Below the pieces are notes generated by a model, which did no database searches, was not told the DNA's origin, and saw nothing but the letters and a program-made list of their open reading frames with translations. A stretch of 63,308 nt of DNA, filler included. It is 6 parts of 6 records of this genome, joined end to end, with 100 filler letters (N's around TTAATTAATTAA, not from the genome) between each part and the next. Parts side by side here need not be neighbours in the genome. Positions count along the whole stretch, not along the records: positions 1 to 19,073 come from SRR20825010_2793; 5 more parts are not named here. One strand, 5' to 3'. Each line of letters starts with the position of its first letter. The stretch's first letter is position 1. The translations under genes and the position numbers were made by a program. Shown in pieces: positions 1-9,344 of the stretch.

Positions 1-63
1 AGCCCACGGTTTAAACCGTGGGCTATTTGTGTAAACGGTACCTTGAAATGGTTTGAACCATTT
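1..63. repeat. REP-like palindromes
   Basis: Perfect 24-bp palindrome AGCCCACGGTTTAAACCGTGGGCT (1-24) and a second hairpin AAATGGTT-TG-AACCATTT (~45-62); resembles extragenic palindromes common in Bacteroidota (recalled, not searched). Confidence 0.65.
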
Positions 64-164
64 TAGCTGCCACTGCCTCCTTTCTTTCCTTGAGGCACGA
101 AAGGTCTAAAATATCAAGGTTGGGTATAAATGTGATCCACCCAAGGGCAGAGTCCTTGGCGAAT

Positions 165-215
165 AGTAGTCACAGGTCCTGCCGAAGGCAGATAAAACGG
201 AAGAACCTGCGGCAG
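165..215. repeat. REP-like hairpin with nested small hairpin
   Basis: GTAGTCACAGGT...AACCTGCGGCAG imperfect stem enclosing CTGCC-GAA-GGCAG. Confidence 0.4.
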
Positions 216-236
216 TGGGTTGGCAATTGGCCTTGT

Positions 237-662
237 TTAATAAATTGCAAATAGTGTCCCGATGATAAAACTAATAATGGCTTCTTTTATTGATAATTCT
301 TTAGAGCTAAAAGTGTCAGTATATGCAATGTATATTGCAGTTAATCCAATTATTAGAAATATTATCGTTAGATATAAATCATAGTGACTATCTGATATCC
401 CTAACCAATTGAAAAAGATTTCCTCTAGTACAGAATGACCAAATAAAGCTAATGCTAGATTTGCTTTAGCCGGATTAACAAAGAGTTGAATACCAGCAAT
501 TAAAAGAATTATAGAAACAACCACAGGAGAAAAACTCATTAAATATTTAAAATCAAAATAACTTTCAAGATTGTAAGTCAGCTTTGAGTTGACAATAAAA
601 TTAGTCGAATAAACTATCGAAAATATCGAAAATATTACTCCTATAACCTTGTTATATTTCAT
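237..662 (-). CDS. hypothetical membrane protein (4-5 TM), very AT-rich
   Basis: 141-aa ORF made of several hydrophobic segments. Confidence 0.7.
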   Translation of the reverse strand: MKYNKVIGVIFSIFSIVYSTNFIVNSKLTYNLESYFDFKYLMSFSPVVVSIILLIAGIQLFVNPAKANLALALFGHSVLEEIFFNWLGISDSHYDLYLTIIFLIIGLTAIYIAYTDTFSSKELSIKEAIISFIIGTLFAIY

Positions 663-823
663 TGAATTCGGGTTTCATTTCTGAGCTTGTTGACAACATA
701 TCGCTATGCGTAACTCGGTGCGTATATATTTGATGTAATTTATCGAAACTTCTTTACAGCACCCTAATAATTATGGTTATGTGGGTTTTCTCCTTGCTTG
801 GGATTACTTCACTTAACGCAAGC

Positions 824-3277
824 TCAATTCACTTCAAGTGAACTGACAGGGCTACTGACTGCAGTTTTCCAGCATTGTTTCACGATGATGACAATACAAA
901 TCAAAAGCATCATAAGAATGGGGAAAAGCACTAAAGTAGGGCTCAAATGAATTCGTGTGGCATAATTAGCCAGCCATTCTTTGGCCCCATACATTACAAT
1001 GGGCAATGTCAATATACTCGCGTAGAAAATGAGCACTATAAAGTCGTATAGCAAAAGCACCAATATCTGCCCTGCATGAGCACCCAAAACTTTGCGAATC
1101 CCGATTTCCTTGGTTCGTTTATAAGCAGTGAATGAAGATAGGCCGAACATGCCCAAACTGGCAATTAGAATGGCAATCAATGAAAAGAAGAAGAACAGCT
1201 TAAGTATGTTCTGTTCCATAGCCAACTGGTCATTGTATTGACGGTCTAGGAAATAGAAGTTAGGGAATTGAGAAGCCCAAGTATACTCCAGATGGTCTAA
1301 AGTGGCCATTATTTTTTCGCTTGAACTTCCTTCCGATATTACCGTCATCTGGAAAAAAGTAGGGTGGCTAATGCCTGTGACATAAGCTTTGGGCGGTTCC
1401 AATGCTGAGCTGTTTTTAACTACCCCGGAAACATTCATATAGCCGTTATACTGTCCCACTTGTTTTCCTAAAAGGCTGTCTGGTTCTGTAAAACCGAGAG
1501 CCTGCATTGCCGATTCATTGATAATTACTTTGTCGAAATCCGCAGAAAATTGCGGTTTGAAGTTTCTTCCAGCCAGAAAAATTTGAGCGGAATCTTTCCA
1601 ATATTGATGATCAATCACATAAAGTTGATAGTTGTCTTGGGTAGTATCTTGCTTGTGGTCGACCAAATAGAAAGGCTTTACACTTTGCGTCTTTTTGATT
1701 TGCCCATTGTAAAGATTTGTCAAATTTACCTCCTTGATGCTGTCATTGGATTGAGCTTGAATAAAGCGTTTGAACTTATCAATATAGACTTGGTTGGTAC
1801 CGCCAACTCCTGGGAATTTGGCCGTTACTTTTAGTTCTATAGCCTGTTTGTCATTCGATTTGAGGAATTCTAATTGCTGATGAACGATATAAACGGCAGA
1901 AAGAAAGCTAATTCCCATAGCAATTTGAAAAACCAACAGAAACCTAATGACTTTTGATCCTTTTGAAGAAAGCTTGGAATTAAGCACCTGAGCCTTTCCC
2001 CTTAAGGCCTCAATGGGTTTAAGGGCAGAAAGAAAAGTAGCAGGGTAAATTCCTGAAAGAATAGTGCTGATAATAACCAAAACCAGCACAAAGACCAATC
2101 CTATTTTCAGGGTTTCCCATCCAGTTGGTACTGGATAATCCACCTTGGTATAGAGTTTCATCAAACGCAGTCCCACTATAAAATTAAAAAAGGCCAGAAC
2201 TCCGGCCACTAGGTTGACAACTAAAGCTTCACCCAGAAAACTAAGCATCAATTGTTTAGGAGCAATTCCAAGTAGTTTTCTTACGCCTACTTCTTTTGCT
2301 CGATCAATGGAGTTGATGATAGCGCTATTCACATAATTGGTGCAGGAAAGAATGAGAATAATAAGGCCAACCAGACCTAAAAAGGTAAGAAATACAATAT
2401 TGGCCTTGGGTGAGGGCTCATTGGAGCTAGTGGAATTTAAATGAATTTCTTGAATGGGCAGAAAGGAAAGCCGACTCTCCAATGTGTCCGTAATCAGAGG
2501 CGGGTAAATATGGTTACTGGCTTTGGTATGAATGGACTGTAAATTACTGTTGGGTTTTTCTACTAGGTAAGTGTAAAGACTTGGTGCTTGTGTTCCTGAA
2601 GAAAAGCTCAATCCTGATTCTGGAGAAGTAAGAGGGACAAGCATATTAGCTTGTAAATGACTTTTTATGGGGAAGTCTTTAAAAATGCCTGTGATGGTAT
2701 ATACGTTTTCATCAATTCCTTTGAGCCCAGTTTTTAGGGTTTTACCCAAAATCGAAATGCCTTTTTCCAAATCTTCTCTAAATAGCTTTTGCGCCCCCGA
2801 CTCTGAAACTAAGATGGTGTTTGGTTCTGATAATACTTTTTCTGAGTCACCTTCAATCAGCTCAATAGAAAAGATTTCAAGCAGAGAGTTCTCTGCAAAA
2901 TAGACCTTTTCAACATACAGAGGGTGGGAAGAGCCGTCCGCTTGGCTTTGACTAAAGAAGGCTGTTCCATTATCAGAAAAGGGCATTAAGCGCGCGGTAT
3001 TTTCTATTTCGTCAAATGCTGTTTTTAGTTCTGGTCCGATAAAAGAGGCCGTAAGCGCGTCTTTTTTCCGTAAGGAATTAAAATGGTAGGTATCTGTTTC
3101 AACCCGATATATATGATCTGAATTGTCGAAAGTATCGAAAGTGTATTCAAAATAGAGGTATTGAAAAATAAACAGGCAGGCCGCCATGCCCAAGGAAAGG
3201 CTCAGAATATTAAGGAAGGAAGCGCCTTTGTTGTGGCGAAGGTTGCGGTAAGAAACCAAAAGGAAATTCTTGAGCAT
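824..3277 (-). CDS. ABC transporter permease, MacB/FtsX family (duplicated PCD+FtsX)
   Basis: MLKNFLLVSYRNL start; two FtsX motifs RAKEVGVRKLLG and RTKEIGIRKVLGA; ~800-aa Bacteroidota architecture. Confidence 0.92.
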   Translation of the reverse strand: MLKNFLLVSYRNLRHNKGASFLNILSLSLGMAACLFIFQYLYFEYTFDTFDNSDHIYRVETDTYHFNSLRKKDALTASFIGPELKTAFDEIENTARLMPFSDNGTAFFSQSQADGSSHPLYVEKVYFAENSLLEIFSIELIEGDSEKVLSEPNTILVSESGAQKLFREDLEKGISILGKTLKTGLKGIDENVYTITGIFKDFPIKSHLQANMLVPLTSPESGLSFSSGTQAPSLYTYLVEKPNSNLQSIHTKASNHIYPPLITDTLESRLSFLPIQEIHLNSTSSNEPSPKANIVFLTFLGLVGLIILILSCTNYVNSAIINSIDRAKEVGVRKLLGIAPKQLMLSFLGEALVVNLVAGVLAFFNFIVGLRLMKLYTKVDYPVPTGWETLKIGLVFVLVLVIISTILSGIYPATFLSALKPIEALRGKAQVLNSKLSSKGSKVIRFLLVFQIAMGISFLSAVYIVHQQLEFLKSNDKQAIELKVTAKFPGVGGTNQVYIDKFKRFIQAQSNDSIKEVNLTNLYNGQIKKTQSVKPFYLVDHKQDTTQDNYQLYVIDHQYWKDSAQIFLAGRNFKPQFSADFDKVIINESAMQALGFTEPDSLLGKQVGQYNGYMNVSGVVKNSSALEPPKAYVTGISHPTFFQMTVISEGSSSEKIMATLDHLEYTWASQFPNFYFLDRQYNDQLAMEQNILKLFFFFSLIAILIASLGMFGLSSFTAYKRTKEIGIRKVLGAHAGQILVLLLYDFIVLIFYASILTLPIVMYGAKEWLANYATRIHLSPTLVLFPILMMLLICIVIIVKQCWKTAVSSPVSSLEVN

Positions 3278-3306
3278 AGTATCAGCTGAAGGTTCGATTG
3301 CTGGTT

Positions 3307-3411
3307 TACAACATATATGCCATGAGAGGAAAGTTAGTATGCACTGACTGAGAGCTGTTTACGAAAAATAGATACGGTCAAAAATGAACAGGTGGTGTTC
3401 TATATTGAGCA
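3307..3411 (-). promoter_or_regulatory. putative sigma-54 promoter with tandem enhancer-binding-protein sites for the ABC permease
   Basis: Minus strand TGGCAT-N5-TTGTA (3322-3307) fits -24/-12 TGGCAC-N5-TTGC; upstream imperfect TGT-N10-ACA palindromes at 3375-3390 and 3396-3411, 21 bp apart. Confidence 0.5.
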
Positions 3412-3426
3412 TCTTTTATAAAAATA

Positions 3427-3966
3427 CTAGTGTTGAGATAGGGGATCTATTTTGGTGAGTGCTTTCAGCGTTCGTTTACCTCTTGATTTAAAGCCGGCAG
3501 AGCCATAAGGCATTTGGTCTTCAATGAGGATGCGAAGTTCGTCTTTGAGTTCTGGTACTTTTATAGTGATATTCAAAAGTACCGTCATAGAAAAGCATTT
3601 AATGGCAATGGCTTCGCTTTTAGAGGCCAAATAGCCAAAGCAAATGTCGGCCACTTCGCCCCAAAGGCTTTCTGGAATTTCCAGTTCCTGAAGCACACGA
3701 ACGGTATTGCGCTTAATAGAGTCATGTAATTTGGGTTGCTTGAGATTAAATACCATCGCACTCAAATGGGGTTTGAGCATTTCAGTATTGCTTCTGCCAA
3801 TTTCGCCAACTACCCAAGCCGCTCTTTGTGTTACTCTATACTCATCGTTAAGAAATAGATTCATCAGCGCATCGAACCGTTCCTGTTGTTCTGCGACATA
3901 TGAAACGATCAGGTTCGTATTCTCTTTGGAGTGTTCTTTTAAAAGTTGTTTTCGAATGTCCATCAT
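3427..3966 (-). CDS. conserved hypothetical HEAT/ARM-repeat-like protein
   Basis: 179-aa helical ORF with QRAAWV and AIAIKCFSMTVL motifs typical of a Bacteroidota family. Confidence 0.75.
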   Translation of the reverse strand: MMDIRKQLLKEHSKENTNLIVSYVAEQQERFDALMNLFLNDEYRVTQRAAWVVGEIGRSNTEMLKPHLSAMVFNLKQPKLHDSIKRNTVRVLQELEIPESLWGEVADICFGYLASKSEAIAIKCFSMTVLLNITIKVPELKDELRILIEDQMPYGSAGFKSRGKRTLKALTKIDPLSQH

Positions 3967-4017
3967 GACTTATACACCAAAATTAATCATCTTTAAATAT
4001 CAATCACTTTTTTAACC

Positions 4018-4494
4018 ATGGATATACTGCTTATTGTTTTAGGTATCGTTTTTATGCTTGTGGGCGTTGCGGGCTGCTTTTTACCCATTCTACCCGGGCC
4101 ACCTATTAGTTTTCTTGGACTGCTTTTCCTTCATTTTACAGCCAGAACTGATATTCCAGAAGACACATTATGGACTTTAGCGCTTATTACCGTGGCCGTT
4201 ACAGTCCTCGATTATATTGTTCCCATTTATGGAACGAGGCGATTTGGGGGCACTAAAAAAGGCGTGTGGGGGAGTACCATAGGGTTAATTATAGGTATGT
4301 TCTTTTTTCCACCCTTTGGAATTATCATAGGCCCATTGGTAGGTGCTTTTGTGGGCGAAATGAGTGCAGGGCAAGATACAAGTAAAGCCATGCGTTCAGC
4401 ATTGGGGTCTTTTCTTGGTTTTTTAGCAGGTACACTGCTCAAGCTTATCGCCTGTTTTGTAATGGCTTACTACTTCATTATTTATTTGTTTTAA
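4018..4494 (+). CDS. DUF456 (YqgC-like) membrane protein
   Basis: LPILPGPP and FGGTKKGVWGSTIG motifs, Gly-rich TM segments. Confidence 0.88.
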   Translation: MDILLIVLGIVFMLVGVAGCFLPILPGPPISFLGLLFLHFTARTDIPEDTLWTLALITVAVTVLDYIVPIYGTRRFGGTKKGVWGSTIGLIIGMFFFPPFGIIIGPLVGAFVGEMSAGQDTSKAMRSALGSFLGFLAGTLLKLIACFVMAYYFIIYLF

Positions 4495-4550
4495 GTTATC
4501 CAAATTCTACCTCATCCATTGAGAGGGGAGAAAACAAAACAGCCAAAAAC

Positions 4551-4964
4551 CTACTTTGGGAGTCTTACTGTATTTTGCCAGTAGTCCCGAATAACTTCAG
4601 CGACTTTGTCGAGTCCTGTTATGTCATCTGGTTTGATTATGTACGAGTTAGAGTGTGCATTATAAGATTTGATGATGTCTTCCTTTCTAGATGACGTAGT
4701 CAGCATTATTACAGGTATATGCTTTATTCTATCGTTAGTTTTTATCTTTTCCAAAGCTTCTAACCCATCCATTACAGGCATGTTAATATCGAGTAAAATT
4801 AGGTCTGGTAATATGTTGTCCTCGTTTGTTAAATATTCAAGAGCCTCATGTCCATTATTTACTTCTATCATAGACCGTAATATTTCTACTTCCTCCAACG
4901 CCAGTCGGATAAGTATGATGTCTGACTCATTGTCTTCAACTATAAGAATGTTTAAGCTCTTCAT
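4551..4964 (-). CDS. single-domain response regulator (Rcp1-like receiver)
   Basis: ILIVEDN...LILLDINMP...MLTTS...YIIKP receiver motifs. Confidence 0.93.
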   Translation of the reverse strand: MKSLNILIVEDNESDIILIRLALEEVEILRSMIEVNNGHEALEYLTNEDNILPDLILLDINMPVMDGLEALEKIKTNDRIKHIPVIMLTTSSRKEDIIKSYNAHSNSYIIKPDDITGLDKVAEVIRDYWQNTVRLPK

Positions 4965-5000
4965 AAACTTGTCTTTGAGTTAATAATGATCCAATATATT

Positions 5001-8000
5001 TTATTTTTTTAAGGTAAACATGAAAATTGTTCCTCCTTTTGGATTTGGTTTAATCCAAATATCCCCACCGTACTTATTTACAATTTTTTTGCAAGTAGCC
5101 AGCCCAATACCAGTTCCTGTGTATTCTGAATTGGAATGAAGTCTTTTAAAGACAGCAAATACTTTATCGTAATGTATGGGGTCAATCCCTAGGCCGTTGT
5201 CTGAAATACTGAACAACCATTGATCAGCATCTTCTTTTGAACTGATTTTAATAATAGGTTTGTTTCCTGGTGGTTGGTATTTTAACCCATTGCTGATGAG
5301 GTTAGAAAACAGTTGAATCATTGCTGTTTCATCTGCAGTGATTACGGGCAGGGGTTGTATTTCAAATACGGCTTCTTGGTGCTTGTCTTCACTCTTCAAT
5401 GAAGAAACAATTTCATTAACTAGGCTCTCAAGTTTAATGTTATCTTGTTTGAAGCTTCCAGCTTTAGAAAAATCTAGAATACCTTTGATAAGTGCTTTCA
5501 TTCTTTCAGCACCATCAACAGAAAATCGGATATACTGTCTAGCTTTTTCATCCAATTCATTGTCATATTTTTTTTCAAGAAGAGAAAGAAAGCTAGTAAT
5601 GGTTCTAAGTGGTTCCTGTAGGTCGTGCGCTGCTATATAAGCAAATTGCTCTAATTCCTCATTTTTTAGGGCCAGTTCTTTTTGAACGGACTTAATTTGA
5701 CTAATATCAATTGCTACCCCTAAAAAGCCAATTATTTCATCCTTTTCAGTGATGGCAGTAACCGATAACAAAACAGCGTACGTACTACCGTCTTTCCGTT
5801 TGTAGGTCCATTCCCTTGTCTCTGTCACGCCTCTTTTGGCCATTTCTACAAACACGTCAAAGCCTGATATGTTGCCTCCAAACTCTAATGAAAGTTCTTC
5901 ACCACGTTGAATAATCTCTTCTTCAACATGAATGATTGCAGGCGTTTGCTTACCAATCATTTCCTCAGCCGAATATTGAAGAAATTCTTCAGCACCTGAG
6001 TTAAAGTGAGTAATAAGGCCATTGGGGTCAGTTCCAATAATTGAAACGGACTGGGTGTTAAATATGGCTTTTAATTCTTCATTGGCCTTGTTTAAGGTGC
6101 TTTCGGCTATTTTAATATTATTAATATCCTGAAAAATGCCATAGAGCCTTATGCACTTTCCTTTCTCAAACTCGGCCTGTCCAATGGAACGCACCCATAC
6201 TGCATTTCCCTTGGCCGTAACAAGCTCAAATTCAGCATCGAAAGGAGTCCCTTTTTCTATCGCTTCGCCAACTACTTTCTCTATCTTTTTTCTGCTTGCA
6301 CCTGGTTTGTAAAAATTGATGCCTGTGGTCAGGTCCGGAACAAAGTTGGGGGAGACTTCATGAATTTCCTTCGTGATTCGGCTCCAAAACACACTATTGG
6401 CAACTAAGTCTACCTCCCATGTTCCAATGCGTGCTACTTCACTGGTCTTGTCTAAAATTTCTTCTATTCTTCGTTTCTCTAGGTCTTTTTGCTTTATATG
6501 AGTAATGTCTGCGGTATAAATAATCAAACCACCAACGTTACCTTCTGTAATGTACCATGGACGAATATCCCAGGTAATCCATTGTTTACTTCCGTCTTCG
6601 CGTTCAAAAACAGCCTCGTCACATTGATTAGTGGATCCTTTCAGGCATTCCTGATGAATCTTTTTCCAGTCGTCACCTATCTCAGGGAAAATTTCATAGT
6701 GAGACCTTCCGATGATTTCCTTTTCAGTAATGTTATAGTCTTTTATCCATTGCTTTGAGGCAGCCATATAACACATGTTACTATCAAACATAGCCAAGGC
6801 ACCTGGGGCCTGCTCCACAAAAATTTGATTACGTTTATTGCTTCGGTTTATTTCTTTTTGGGCAATTCTTGGAGCGGTTACATCCCAATTGGTACCCAAC
6901 ATTCGAACTGGATTTCCTGAGTTGTCATAATAGACTTGGCCCTTTGCCCTAATAAAATGTATAGACTGATCTGATGGCCAAATGATGCGGAACTCCGTAT
7001 CGAATTCTATTTCACCGGCTATGGCCATTTGCATTTCTTTAATTGCTTGCTCAATATCGTCAGGGTGAACAATGCTTTCCCATGCATCTAGATTTGCTGA
7101 AAACATACCCTTTTCTACCCCGAAGACCTTGAACATAATGTCATCCCATATCAACGAATTATTGACAATGTCATAATCCCAAATGCCTATTAAGGAATTA
7201 TTGGTGGCCAATTTTAGTCGATTCGATACCTCTTTGAATTTGGTCTCGGCTGCATTTCTTTCAGTAAGGTCGACCATTGAAGAGATGAGGTATTCGGTTT
7301 CGCCAATGCTGACTTTTTCAATAGAAACCATAACGCTTATGGCTTTACCAAACTTATTGTTTAACCTAGTTTCAAGGCCCTTAAGTTTCATCTTATTTTC
7401 TTTCAGGAGTGTTCTTAATACGTCATCATCCTCCTGAGTCATCAGATTCAATTCATATGTGGTTTTGCCTATTATACTTTTGTCGAATTGTAATAAATTC
7501 AGAAATGCATCATTGGCATACCATATTTTACTGTCATCAATAGTGGCAATGTTGGTGGCCACAGGGCTCATGTTGAAGAAAGTCATGAATTGTTCACGAG
7601 ACTTTCGAATGTCTTCCTGAAGCTTTTGTTGTTCAGTTATGTCTCGGATGGCGGCAGAGGCCCAAAGCTCATTTTGTATTTTGATGGGGTTTAGTGATAC
7701 CTCTACTGGTATTTCTGTACCATCCTTCTTTAATGCGAACAAACTCATTCCAGAGCCCATACTTCTTGCTTTTGGAGTCTTAATAAAATCTTTCCTATGA
7801 TTTAAATGGTCCTTTCTGAAGCGGTCAGGCAAGAGTATTTCGACAGGTTGGTTAATTAGCTCTTCCTTTTTGTAACCAAAAACTCTCTCGGTTTGCTCAT
7901 TCAGCACTTGAATGAGTCCATTCTCATTGACGATAACAATGGGGTCGGGGGTAGCATTTAAGAATGCGCTGACTTTTAATAAATCGCCTTCGACCTCATA

Positions 8001-8864
8001 TTTATTCGATTCAAGACGATTCAGCATTCGCGATGTTCTCCAAATTAAAAATAGACTGACAAGTATAAATGAAAGGGCAAATAGCAGTATACCGAAATCT
8101 ACTGAAATGGACTGTGCGCGGTGGATTTGTACTCTTAGGTATGTAAGCACTAGAATTAGAATAATCAATTGTCCGAAAAGAGCCCGGGCCATTTTGTTGC
8201 CTATTTTGGTTCCAGTAAAAAGGCTTGTTATTCCCAAAGTAGGATTGAGAAAGGACGCAGTAACAGCCAAAATCAAAAAGCTTAATGCCGTGTGTATGGC
8301 CATTGAAGTAAGGAAGGAAAGCTTATAGAAATTTGGAACACTATATAGATAGCCCATGATGGCTATAAATGAGAGTAGCGTGACAATGTTTAACAGTACC
8401 TGCCCAATGATTCTTTGAGTTCTACCCCTTTTTTGAATAAGGACAAACGATGAGCTCAGTAAAATAAAACAAATCGCAGATAGCTGAGACATTCTCCCAG
8501 GGACTGGGTGATTGGCAGCGATGGCATCTAGATCAGTCACAAAGAGTTGATCTATCCTCAAATTAATTTCAAACAATCCCTCAATAAACGTTAGCCCTCC
8601 GATAACGAATACAGATAAAGCAAAAATGTTGGACAGGCTTGAGAGTGTCCTTTTCTTCCCTCGGACCATTAAATACAAAGAACATCCTGATAAGGTCAAG
8701 CCCAGCGCTGTATTGAATTTCATTGTGACATAGCTGGGCACTATGCTCTTTAAGATTTCAATATCCAAAAACCACCCGAGAATTACGCCAGCAGCAATTA
8801 AAACAACAATGATGCTGATTACAGCAATGATTTTTATGGGTTTATGGGTTATGTTACTCATCAT
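5001..8864 (-). CDS. membrane-bound multi-PAS sensor histidine kinase
   Basis: N-terminal multi-TM region, about six PAS/PAC repeats, H-box AAHDLQEPLR, HATPase N/G boxes (SDNGLGI, GTGIGLA). Confidence 0.93.
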   Translation of the reverse strand: MMSNITHKPIKIIAVISIIVVLIAAGVILGWFLDIEILKSIVPSYVTMKFNTALGLTLSGCSLYLMVRGKKRTLSSLSNIFALSVFVIGGLTFIEGLFEINLRIDQLFVTDLDAIAANHPVPGRMSQLSAICFILLSSSFVLIQKRGRTQRIIGQVLLNIVTLLSFIAIMGYLYSVPNFYKLSFLTSMAIHTALSFLILAVTASFLNPTLGITSLFTGTKIGNKMARALFGQLIILILVLTYLRVQIHRAQSISVDFGILLFALSFILVSLFLIWRTSRMLNRLESNKYEVEGDLLKVSAFLNATPDPIVIVNENGLIQVLNEQTERVFGYKKEELINQPVEILLPDRFRKDHLNHRKDFIKTPKARSMGSGMSLFALKKDGTEIPVEVSLNPIKIQNELWASAAIRDITEQQKLQEDIRKSREQFMTFFNMSPVATNIATIDDSKIWYANDAFLNLLQFDKSIIGKTTYELNLMTQEDDDVLRTLLKENKMKLKGLETRLNNKFGKAISVMVSIEKVSIGETEYLISSMVDLTERNAAETKFKEVSNRLKLATNNSLIGIWDYDIVNNSLIWDDIMFKVFGVEKGMFSANLDAWESIVHPDDIEQAIKEMQMAIAGEIEFDTEFRIIWPSDQSIHFIRAKGQVYYDNSGNPVRMLGTNWDVTAPRIAQKEINRSNKRNQIFVEQAPGALAMFDSNMCYMAASKQWIKDYNITEKEIIGRSHYEIFPEIGDDWKKIHQECLKGSTNQCDEAVFEREDGSKQWITWDIRPWYITEGNVGGLIIYTADITHIKQKDLEKRRIEEILDKTSEVARIGTWEVDLVANSVFWSRITKEIHEVSPNFVPDLTTGINFYKPGASRKKIEKVVGEAIEKGTPFDAEFELVTAKGNAVWVRSIGQAEFEKGKCIRLYGIFQDINNIKIAESTLNKANEELKAIFNTQSVSIIGTDPNGLITHFNSGAEEFLQYSAEEMIGKQTPAIIHVEEEIIQRGEELSLEFGGNISGFDVFVEMAKRGVTETREWTYKRKDGSTYAVLLSVTAITEKDEIIGFLGVAIDISQIKSVQKELALKNEELEQFAYIAAHDLQEPLRTITSFLSLLEKKYDNELDEKARQYIRFSVDGAERMKALIKGILDFSKAGSFKQDNIKLESLVNEIVSSLKSEDKHQEAVFEIQPLPVITADETAMIQLFSNLISNGLKYQPPGNKPIIKISSKEDADQWLFSISDNGLGIDPIHYDKVFAVFKRLHSNSEYTGTGIGLATCKKIVNKYGGDIWIKPNPKGGTIFMFTLKK

Positions 8865-9273
8865 TAAATGTGCTATTAGTGTCTCATCCTTATAGGATTT
8901 CTATAGGATTAAGCTCTTTTTATTATGGGCGTTACTCTTTCAGGATGGAGAGAATGTTAATTTTTCGCACTCACTGAACCAATGCAGAGAAATATTAATA
9001 AGAATAGGTGGAAGCCATTCATAGTTAAATATAAGTTTAATTAAGCCATCTATGAACGATATTGTTTGATTTACTTGACGGCTGGCTCTGAATGCATGTG
9101 GTTAACTTCCAATTGAGCTTTTTGTGGACGAAGCAATGGAAGAATGAAAGGGGATACCTGTTTGTTTAGAAAAGATAGGTTTATTTGCTTATTATATACA
9201 TGTTAATATTCAAATATGTTAAGATATTTGTATATAATTACTTCAACCTTATTGATTGAAGAGGAGAGAAGCA

Positions 9274-9309
9274 AAACAGCCAGAAAATCAATTGATTTTC
9301 AGGCTGTTT
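9274..9309 (-). terminator. intrinsic terminator after the M14 peptidase
   Basis: AAACAGCC-AGAAAATCA-AT-TGATTTTC-A-GGCTGTTT hairpin with T-run on the minus strand. Confidence 0.7.
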
Positions 9310-9344
9310 ATTGAACTGGATTTCTAATAAAGAATATCCCTTAG

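Noticed and set aside
4551-8864. Phytochrome-like light sensor (Cph1/Rcp1-like pair)
   Set aside because: The kinase and receiver resemble that subfamily, but no GAF-PHY module or LOV GRNCRFLQ motif is present
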